Positions 34,919 through 42,219 of a stretch of DNA of 54,645 nucleotides are shown in pieces; within the stretch, counting starts at the first letter, position 1; the number at the start of each line of letters is the position of its first letter. The position numbers were made by a program, and so were the translations under genes. This DNA is from a virus (taxonomy: Duplodnaviria > Caudoviricetes), in the IMG/VR virus record IMGVR_UViG_3300042562_001062, positions 1 through 54,645 of that record; one strand, given 5' to 3'. The notes under the pieces are model-generated. The model did no database searches and had not been told where the DNA came from. It saw only the letters and a program-made list of their open reading frames with translations.

Positions 34919-35184
34919 TTCCCGGCCTCTGTTGCGATCTGCAACACCGGGAAGTCGTCGCCGATCTGCTTACCGCGGGAAAGCAGATCCAGCGACGTGG
35001 TACGCAGCGCGGCGGCGAGAACGTCCAAGGTTTGGAAGCTCGGCCACTTTTTACCGTTCTCGATCTCCGCGAGGAACGGGTAGCTGATACCCGCGGCCGC
35101 AACGAGGTCTTTACGTTTCATGCCGCGCTCAATGCGGGTGCAGGCGATAGCCCGACCCAGGTAAATCGCGTTGACGTTTTTCAT
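34915..35184 (-). CDS. XRE-family HTH transcriptional regulator
   Basis: LGRAI..TRIERGMKRKDLVAAAGISYPFLAEIENGKKWPSFQTLDVLAAAL. Confidence 0.9.
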   Translation of the reverse strand: MKNVNAIYLGRAIACTRIERGMKRKDLVAAAGISYPFLAEIENGKKWPSFQTLDVLAAALRTTSLDLLSRGKQIGDDFPVLQIATEAGK

Positions 35185-35188
35185 GGCG

Positions 35189-35285
35189 TCTCTCTCGTTT
35201 TTCCCTTACCCGGCGGCAGGATTGCCGTAGGGCGGCAACGAGGGCCGGTGTTGCGAATTGCAACACCGGCCCTCGCTGTCAGCGG
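35189..35285 (-). repeat. ~90-bp intergenic two-hairpin element, copy 4
   Basis: Same layout, most diverged copy. Confidence 0.85.
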
Positions 35286-35287
35286 GA

Positions 35288-35431
35288 TCAGCCGGGGTGA
35301 ACGGCGGAGTTTTTGCACGGCTCCGGCGATTCCAGAACCGTGCAATTGAGCACGTCGCCGTTGGCGGCGCGCTCGTAGGTGATGTACGCGCTGCAACCGC
35401 AGCGGTAATACTGAAACTCCGCGTCGGTCAC
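35288..35431 (-). CDS. Small Cys-containing protein (47 aa)
   Basis: GTGA-coupled MTDAEFQYYRCGC... Confidence 0.45.
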   Translation of the reverse strand: MTDAEFQYYRCGCSAYITYERAANGDVLNCTVLESPEPCKNSAVHPG

Positions 35432-35688
35432 TTGCCTACGCCCTTCAGTGCCGCCTTCAGCTCGGCCTTGATCCGGCGGGCGTCGTCCCCGCGCCACGTC
35501 GTCGCGTTGGACAGGAAGTACAGCACGACGCTTTCGCCGTCCTCGTAGCCGTAGGTGTCGGTGATCGCGGACAGGCCGCGCATCGCGTTGATGAACGGGA
35601 CTGCGCCGAAGTACGGCCTCTCCCAGAGCCGGGAGATTTCCGCGGCGATGACGTTGAGCGGTCGGACTGCTGTTTTTTGATCGGACAT
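35428..35688 (-). CDS. Conserved phage hypothetical protein
   Basis: RPL..IA.EI...W..PYFGAVP...AM...YFLSNA.TWRG.DARRIKAEL pattern. Confidence 0.7.
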   Translation of the reverse strand: MSDQKTAVRPLNVIAAEISRLWERPYFGAVPFINAMRGLSAITDTYGYEDGESVVLYFLSNATTWRGDDARRIKAELKAALKGVGK

Positions 35689-35730
35689 TGCTGTCTCTCT
35701 CTTTTTTCTGGGTGTTGCGTTTTGCAACAC

Positions 35731-35810
35731 TGTTTTTTCCGGCGCGAATTTTTTCGGCACGGATTTTTTCCGGGCCGGATTTTTTCGGCGCGGAAGTTTT
35801 TTTTCGGCCC
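35731..35810. repeat. Five tandem T6-8-C(C)GG units, period 15-17 bp
   Basis: ttttttccggcgcgaa / ttttttcggcacgga / ttttttccgggccgga / ttttttcggcgcggaag / ttttttttcggccc. Confidence 0.85.
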
Positions 35811-35831
35811 AACTCTGACCTACTAACTAAT

Positions 35832-35860
35832 ACTCTACCATAGACAGCCCTAAATGTCAA
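35832..35860 (-). promoter_or_regulatory. SigA-type leftward promoter
   Basis: TTGACA-17 bp-TAGAGT. Confidence 0.75.
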
Positions 35861-35905
35861 TAGGGTCGCAATTGCGTAAGGGCAGGTCAGGCAGGCCCGA
35901 AACGC

Positions 35906-35947
35906 AAAAAAGGGCCGGGGCGTTGCGAATTGCAACACCCCGGCCCC
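35906..35947 (-). terminator. Intrinsic terminator whose stem contains the 17-bp palindrome
   Basis: Minus strand GGGCCGGGG-TGTTGCAATTCGCAACG-CCCCGGCCC followed by T6. Confidence 0.75.
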
Positions 35948-35960
35948 AAATGCCGGCAAA

Positions 35961-36140
35961 TCAGAGCGCCGACCGGCACCACTTACAGAGCGGCCGAACC
36001 ACGCTATCGACACGGTTGTCGGCGTGGGTGTACTTCGCCCCGTAACGGGCGTCCTCGCCGCAGAGCGTGACGATGCGGTCGCGGGTGACGTGCTCAAGGC
36101 GCCCACCCGGGGCGCGGAACATGTAGAGCCGTTCAGTCAT
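35961..36140 (-). CDS. Small hypothetical protein
   Basis: SD GGAGG before MTERLYMF; TLCG...LCKWC. Confidence 0.55.
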   Translation of the reverse strand: MTERLYMFRAPGGRLEHVTRDRIVTLCGEDARYGAKYTHADNRVDSVVRPLCKWCRSAL

Positions 36141-36219
36141 GGGATGATCCTCCGATATGTGTGGGAAGTTGATGGGCCGGGGCGTTGCAAATTGCAACAC
36201 CCCGGCCCATGCCCATCAG

Positions 36220-36321
36220 TCAGGGCCGGTTGATGCGGACGGGGCGCGCCGGGAAGTAAAAGGCCTTGCCGAAGCCGCTGGCGACGATCGCGCCGATGCT
36301 GAAAGCAATCCACTGGGACAT
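36220..36321 (-). CDS. 33-aa hydrophobic peptide
   Basis: MSQWIAFSIGAIVASGFGKAFYFPARPVRINRP with SD AGAGAGG; read manually. Confidence 0.45.
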   Translation of the reverse strand: MSQWIAFSIGAIVASGFGKAFYFPARPVRINRP

Positions 36322-36685
36322 GTTCGTGCCTCTCTGTTGCTGTGATGTGGTGTGTTGCTGATGGGTACTACGTTACGCCGACCTTCCAGGATCGTCAAGT
36401 GGGTAACTAAGTGTTGCAAAACGCAACACGCTTGCCGCTGCATTCCGATGACGTGGGCGGGCTGCGCCATTCCGATTCCGTGTGCAGCGGCTCGATCCCC
36501 CGGCTCCGATCCGTGCGCGGCGCGACTCCGATTCCGATTCGTGCGCGTGCGCGTGCTGCTTCGCGCCGCCTTCCGATGTCCGTGCGCGGGCCTTCCGATG
36601 TCGGGGCGCGCGCCTTCCGATGTACGTGTGGTGGGTGTTCGGTGGTGGGGCTGCCGCCCCCGGCCTACGCTGCGGCTTTGCCGGC

Positions 36686-36728
36686 TCGAACAGCCGTTCG
36701 AACCAGGCCCGGTCGAACGGCTGTTCGA
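36686..36728. promoter_or_regulatory. Two perfect mycobacterial SOS (LexA) boxes
   Basis: TCGAAC-AGCC-GTTCGA (36686-36701) and TCGAAC-GGCT-GTTCGA (36713-36728) match TCGAAC-N4-GTTCGA. Confidence 0.65.
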
Positions 36729-36829
36729 ACGGCTCCGGCGGCTCCGGCGGCGCTCCGGCTCCGGCGGCTCCGGCGGGTGTTGCGTTTCGCAACACGTCAA
36801 GCGTGGCGAAGACACGGCTTGAAACCCTC

Positions 36830-36858
36830 TAGACACTCTCCGGCATATGCCGTAACGT
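36830..36858 (+). promoter_or_regulatory. Possible rightward promoter
   Basis: TAGACA-17 bp-TAACGT upstream of the 36916 gene. Confidence 0.45.
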
Positions 36859-36915
36859 TCTCGTTGTTCGGCCCGGTCGGGTCGGACACCCAACGAGAAC
36901 GAAACGAGAAAACAC

Positions 36916-37878
<963 letters not shown>

Positions 37879-37886
37879 CGCCAACG

Positions 37887-37924
37887 AAACGCCCCACCGC
37901 TCCGGCGGTGGGGCGTTTTTTTTT
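37887..37924 (+). terminator. Intrinsic terminator
   Basis: AAACGCCCCACCGC-TCCG-GCGGTGGGGCG followed by T9. Confidence 0.9.
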
Positions 37925-38330
37925 GGCGGCGGGCCGGCCCCGACGTATGTCTGGGATTGATCTATCCATTATGAATTCGACAAGTTGCAAGAATGACGTG
38001 CGCGGCATCACCGCCGAAGGTTGATGCGCCAAGAATGCAGAATCGGCTGGTCAGCCCCGCAGTCGATTAGAAGAGGCGTGCGACTGTGGTGGTTGCGGGG
38101 CGATGGGATCGCCACACGCCCCGCAACCCGGCTCAGCGGCGGATGACTCGAACGAAGGCCCTCAGTGCGTGATCGACGATGACGGTCGGCGTCACTGTTA
38201 CCAAAAGAACCACGGTGAGGACGGCAACGGCGGACGTCACACCGAGAACTGTGGAGGCTTTCATACAGTGAAGCATAAGCCGCGATTGCTGATGATCGTG
38301 GCCCACGACGCGCTAGTTCGTTACCCTTTC

Positions 38331-38696
38331 GTGATGAACAGACAACGGTTTCTACGCGCCGGTGCGCTCGCTGCTCTAGGTACGGCACTGCTGCCCGCTA
38401 TGCCGGCCCGCGCTGTCCCTCTCGTCGGCGGGTCTGGCCTGGTGCCCAACGCGGCGAATCTCGCCAGCTACATCCGTGCGAATTACCCAGGCGTGCTGTC
38501 CATCGGCGGGGTCCGGGCCGACCCGTACCCAGATCACCCGAGCGGGCGGGCTATCGACATCATGGTTGGCGGAAACGCCAGCCTGGGGAACGCCATCCAC
38601 GCCGACATCCTGAGCCAGTCGGGGAACTTCGGGGTGAGCTACACGCTGTGGCAAGTCGCGGCCCATTACGACCACATTCATGTCACAGTGAACTGA
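38331..38696 (+). CDS. Secreted putative Zn peptidase (M15/LAS-like), host-like
   Basis: Tat-like signal MNRQRFLRAGALAALG...ARA; DHPSGRAID...HYDHIHV metal-ligand pattern. Confidence 0.7.
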   Translation: MMNRQRFLRAGALAALGTALLPAMPARAVPLVGGSGLVPNAANLASYIRANYPGVLSIGGVRADPYPDHPSGRAIDIMVGGNASLGNAIHADILSQSGNFGVSYTLWQVAAHYDHIHVTVN

Positions 38697-38828
38697 TGTG
38701 GATTACGCGAGAGGCTACGATCACCTACGCGGCACTCGCGTTCCTAGCCGGACTTATCGTGGGGTTGGCGTCTTGCGCGCCTGAGTGCGCCTACCCTGCG
38801 GTGAAATCCGTGCAGACGGAGTGAAATC

Positions 38829-39104
38829 TCACCACTTGGTTTTGTCGGCCCAATATGCCGCCGACATCTTGCCCTTCGCAATGTTATCGGCATGCCGTGC
38901 TTTGAAGGACTCCCGGCGGGACTTGGCCGCTGCAGATTCCCCCTGGCGGGGCGGCGAACCCGAAACGCCCTGCTGACCAAACCGAATCAGCTTAACCTTG
39001 TCGCCATCCTTGGCTAGCACGGCGTGAGACTTGTTCGGATGGTTAGGGGTGCGCTTCGGCTTGTTGTAGCCGCCGAATTTCTCACCGCGATAATCAATGC
39101 TCAT
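38829..39104 (-). CDS. Small basic conserved phage protein
   Basis: GYNKPKRTP.HP.KSHAVLAK.GDKVKLIRFGQQG...FKARH...SAAYWADK.KW. Confidence 0.8.
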   Translation of the reverse strand: MSIDYRGEKFGGYNKPKRTPNHPNKSHAVLAKDGDKVKLIRFGQQGVSGSPPRQGESAAAKSRRESFKARHADNIAKGKMSAAYWADKTKW

Positions 39105-39320
39105 TCGCGCTGCCGTTCACCGAGGGCCTAGCAGCGATTCCGCCGCAGTCCAGGTGACCCACACCCCGGCGAACAGTGCGCCCCAAGACAGCACCAGCAG
39201 ACCTCCAATTGCTGCCAACATCTTGATCGTTGTCAACTGCCGCTCCCGTTCCCATAGATCCACAAAGAACCAGCCAATTAGGTCGACGAGTGTGCGGTGT
39301 TGCGAAATGCAACACCCGGT

Positions 39321-39704
39321 TTACTCGCTGGGGGAAACCGGAACTTCTTCCGGAACTTCAGCGGGAGCCTCTGCCTCCACCGGGACTTCCACGGGGGCTT
39401 CTACCGGGACTTCCGCAACGTCGGAGACCACTTCTGCCGGGGCTTCCGCAACCACTTCTGCTGGGGCTTCCGCTGGGGCTTCCGCAACCACTTCTGCTTC
39501 CGCGACGTCGGCGACTACGTCGGCGACTACATCGTCCAGGCCTTGTGCCACAGCTTTGAGTTCAGCCACCGCGTTGGTGACCTCGACAGAAGGAGTTCCA
39601 GAAGCAACGACTGCGGCCTCGAGATCACCGACCTTGACCACGATTTCCGACTTGGCCTTTTCCAGCTGATCCTTTACGGACTTCAGCTCATCTACGAGTT
39701 CCAT
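39321..39704 (-). CDS. Acidic coiled-coil protein with EAPAE/EVPVE repeats
   Basis: SD CAGGAGG before MELVDELK; an upstream GTG at 39809 would add a hydrophobic segment. Confidence 0.65.
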   Translation of the reverse strand: MELVDELKSVKDQLEKAKSEIVVKVGDLEAAVVASGTPSVEVTNAVAELKAVAQGLDDVVADVVADVAEAEVVAEAPAEAPAEVVAEAPAEVVSDVAEVPVEAPVEVPVEAEAPAEVPEEVPVSPSE

Positions 39705-39845
39705 GTGATCCTCCTGCATTCGTCCACGCATGATGTCTAGTTTCCAGTTCAGCAAACCAAACATGAGGCTACCGATAAGAGCTAAGGCCCAGAAGTAATC
39801 TTGCCCCACGCCGTCAGAGTACAGGGCTTCAGCGCCGAATCGGTG

Positions 39846-40358
39846 TCACGCAACGATGATGCCCAGGCCGTCGATTGCGAGTGCCGCCTGCCTGGGAACG
39901 ACACCATTTCCCAGCAGCTTGAGTTGGTTGGGTCGGGAGAGTCCGGCAAGCCAGTCTTCGGGCCAGCCCATCATCCAGATCACGAAAGCAACGGTGATTC
40001 TGAGGTTGCCGTTGCGGTTGACCTCCACTGCGGCCGGCGCACTTCTTGACGTGACTATTTCCCAGTGCCGGATTGCCGGTTGGTAGATGTCCCAGGTTTC
40101 GTCAAGTTCAGCGCGGATGACGGCGTGGGCGAGTGTGGCACCTGTTCGGTTATTCCAGTGCGGGCCGCGGTAGGCGTCAGAGGAAACTGGTGTGGGCAAC
40201 AATGAAAACGCGTTGTCGGCGGTGGGGAGCACCGGCTCTGCTCGCCGATACAGTTTCCCATTGAGCGTCATACCCGAGGTCGGCCAAGTCCCCCAGGACT
40301 GCCCCGATAGCGGTGTCCAAGATTTCAACACCTGATTCCACGAAGCTATGGGGTGCAT
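39846..40358 (-). CDS. C5 cytosine methyltransferase, C-terminal (beta) subunit
   Basis: WPTSG, LLPTP, WMMGWPEDW (motif IX), QLKLLGNGVVPRQA (motif X). Confidence 0.8.
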   Translation of the reverse strand: MHPIASWNQVLKSWTPLSGQSWGTWPTSGMTLNGKLYRRAEPVLPTADNAFSLLPTPVSSDAYRGPHWNNRTGATLAHAVIRAELDETWDIYQPAIRHWEIVTSRSAPAAVEVNRNGNLRITVAFVIWMMGWPEDWLAGLSRPNQLKLLGNGVVPRQAALAIDGLGIIVA

Positions 40359-41019
40359 GGGCAGGACCTTTCACGCCACTGGATGGCGCAACGGCCGGGA
40401 AGATGTTCGGCATGGCCGCAACACCAGCAGGAGGGAAGCAACCGTTTGTCGCGGCGTAGCTGGTGGGCGTGGGCGCGGAGGCTGTCGGCGGCGTCGATGG
40501 CGTCGACAAGGTGTGTGTACAGCCCGCCGTACAGGACTCGCTTGTTAGCGACGACTCGCACCATCCACTTGCCGGTTTGGGCGTGCCATTGGATGTTTCG
40601 GAGGTTGGGCGGCATGTGCTGATGATAGGAGTTCTGTTGGCGGGCGTTGTGAGTAAAGCGCGGACGTTCTCGATGAACACCTGAGGTGGGCGCAGAGTCT
40701 CGATGGCGCGCACCATTTCGGACCACAGGCCCGATTGGGTGCCGGGTCGCAACCCCGCTCTGCTTCCTGCGTCTGAAATGTCGGTGCAGGGGAATCCTCC
40801 GCACAGCAGGTCGATAGGCCCCATCCCCCAGCGGACCCGCGACCAGTTGATGCGACGGACGTCGCCAAGGTTAGGTGTGTCGGGCCAGTGTGTGGCAAGG
40901 ACGGCTTTCGCGGCTGGGTCGGTTTCGCAGTGCCATACGACGGTGCCGGCGGTGGCGCGCTCTACGGCGCGGTCGAGGATGCCGCTGCCGGAGAACATGC
41001 TTCCGATCCGGAGGGTCAC
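40177..41019 (-). CDS. C5 cytosine methyltransferase, N-terminal (alpha) subunit with a ~95-aa insertion
   Basis: Motif I FSGSG, IV GGFPC, VI ENV, VIII HRRQRVF; GTGA-coupled start at 41019. Confidence 0.85.
   Translation of the reverse strand: MTLRIGSMFSGSGILDRAVERATAGTVVWHCETDPAAKAVLATHWPDTPNLGDVRRINWSRVRWGMGPIDLLCGGFPCTDISDAGSRAGLRPGTQSGLWSEMVRAIETLRPPQVFIENVRALLTTPANRTPIISTCRPTSETSNGTPKPASGWCESSLTSESCTAGCTHTLSTPSTPPTASAPTPTSYAATNGCFPPAGVAAMPNIFPAVAPSSGVKGPAHAPHSFVESGVEILDTAIGAVLGDLADLGYDAQWETVSASRAGAPHRRQRVFIVAHTSFL
40346..40615 (-). CDS. AP2-like DNA-binding protein nested out of frame within the methyltransferase
   Basis: NIQWHAQTGKWMVRVVANKRVLYGGLYTHLVDAIDAADSLR matches the AP2 pattern; Cys/His-rich tail. 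Confidence 0.6.
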   Translation of the reverse strand: MPPNLRNIQWHAQTGKWMVRVVANKRVLYGGLYTHLVDAIDAADSLRAHAHQLRRDKRLLPSCWCCGHAEHLPGRCAIQWRERSCPCTP

Positions 41020-41267
41020 TCTTTGTCTGCTTCGGCGAATATGTCCCACAGGCCGCGGGGCGCTGGCGGGGTGGGGTCGGTCCAGTCGGTGACCCAGCGG
41101 TGGATCAGGCCACGGTGGATCAGGCCAACGGTTTCCTGGCGAAGCCCGATTGCTTCGATCACAGCGTCGGCCATCTCATAATCCAATGACGCTGGCTCCA
41201 TACCTGGCGGGTCGCCGTCGGCCTGTGCTATTGCGTAGGCGATGCGGTCACGCAGGTTGTCGGCCAT
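41016..41267 (-). CDS. Hypothetical protein (paralog of 14834-15076)
   Basis: SD TAGGAG; MADNLRDRIA...ADAVIEAIGLRQETV. Confidence 0.65.
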   Translation of the reverse strand: MADNLRDRIAYAIAQADGDPPGMEPASLDYEMADAVIEAIGLRQETVGLIHRGLIHRWVTDWTDPTPPAPRGLWDIFAEADKE

Positions 41268-41483
41268 CGGCTGTCTCCTATGTCTGGCAACGGTGACTTG
41301 TCGGACATTCCCAGTGGGGTGTGTTGCGTTATGCAACATAGCTGCGCCGCCGCCCGCACAGGTCGTACCTCGCCCTAGAGAGTGGGGGTCATGGGTGCGC
41401 CTTTACCGGGGAAAACAGGTCGAAAAGACCCGGTTTATCAATGCGGGCGGCGTGCAGCAAGTTCATGTGAGAGCACACCAATC

Positions 41484-41512
41484 ATCTTGCCACAACCGTC
41501 AGCCTTTGTCAA
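41484..41512 (-). promoter_or_regulatory. Possible leftward promoter
   Basis: TTGACA-17 bp-CAAGAT. Confidence 0.5.
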
Positions 41513-41540
41513 TGACTACGACATCCGGCGTGTTCTGGAT

Positions 41541-41795
41541 GTAGGACGGACATAGGACAAAGGACAAGCGTCCTAGGCAGTAGGACGGACAAAGGACAAA
41601 GGACAAGCGTCCTAGGTGTAGGACGGACAGGACGGACAGGACGGAGGGGCTGCCTCTCTCCGCGCCTCTCCTTGTATAGGTTATTAAAAAAATGAATAAA
41701 TAATAATAAAATACTTAGAAGAGAGGGAAGAGCAGGGAGGGGGGGGAGGGGGGGGGGGTGTCCTACATGTCCTGTCCTACTGCGCTGTCCTACTC
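41541..41795. other. Candidate replication origin: GGAC iterons, AT-rich tract, G-run and inverted GTCC repeats
   Basis: 37-bp direct repeat at 41541 and 41580; many AGGAC/CGGAC units; AT-rich 41681-41718; G-run 41735-41758; TGTCCT repeats 41759-41792. Confidence 0.6.
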
Positions 41796-41854
41796 AGCGC
41801 CCAAGGCAAGCGGAAGAGTGACACATACGGCGACACACCGTAATGTCGCAAGCC

Positions 41855-41884
41855 TTGACATCTGTCGGACCCGCGGATTAAGCT
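41855..41884 (+). promoter_or_regulatory. SigA-type rightward promoter for replication genes
   Basis: TTGACA-18 bp-TAAGCT. Confidence 0.65.
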
Positions 41885-41934
41885 CTCCCAAGCTTAAAGA
41901 ACTAGTACAAAAGAACTAGTACAGATGGGATTCG

Positions 41935-42219
41935 ATGGCAGTCGATCTTGAGAGAATCCGCTGGGCGGTCGAAGCGCTCCAGATGGTCAAGGACCGCAAA
42001 GCAGAGTTGAAGGCCACAGAAGAGATGGCGCGGGACGCGCTTGAGCAAGCCCTGGGTGACAGCGACGAAGGCGAGCTTGACGGCCACGTTGTAGTTACCT
42101 GGAAGTTCATCAAGAGAAACGCCCTGGACCAGAAGTTCCTGCGGGACACCTACCCCGACCTCTACGAGTCCTGCAAGCGGGTGACTGAGGTTCGCCGTTT
42201 TGAGGTCGTCGATGAGTGA
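41935..42219 (+). CDS. Hypothetical protein resembling the YqaJ exonuclease C-terminal region
   Basis: VTWK....LDQK.L...YPDLY.......RRF pattern. Confidence 0.7.
   Translation: MAVDLERIRWAVEALQMVKDRKAELKATEEMARDALEQALGDSDEGELDGHVVVTWKFIKRNALDQKFLRDTYPDLYESCKRVTEVRRFEVVDE

Noticed and set aside
33724-35285. Hammerhead or HDV-like ribozyme in the repeated element
   Set aside because: CTGA is present but there is no correctly placed GAAA core on the same strand. The GCC-N7-GGC segment lacks the P1/P2 pseudoknot pairings of HDV-like ribozymes.
15577-36794. CRISPR array made of the palindromic repeats, with the Cas4-like gene
   Set aside because: Spacing is irregular (about 80 bp to 2 kb) with whole genes in between. 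No cas1 or cas2; the Cas4-like nuclease sits in a replication operon, as is common in phages.
40360-40640. Intein or self-splicing intron in the methyltransferase
   Set aside because: No C/S...HN intein ends and no recognisable group I/II core. A nested ORF explains the segment better, although splicing was not tested.
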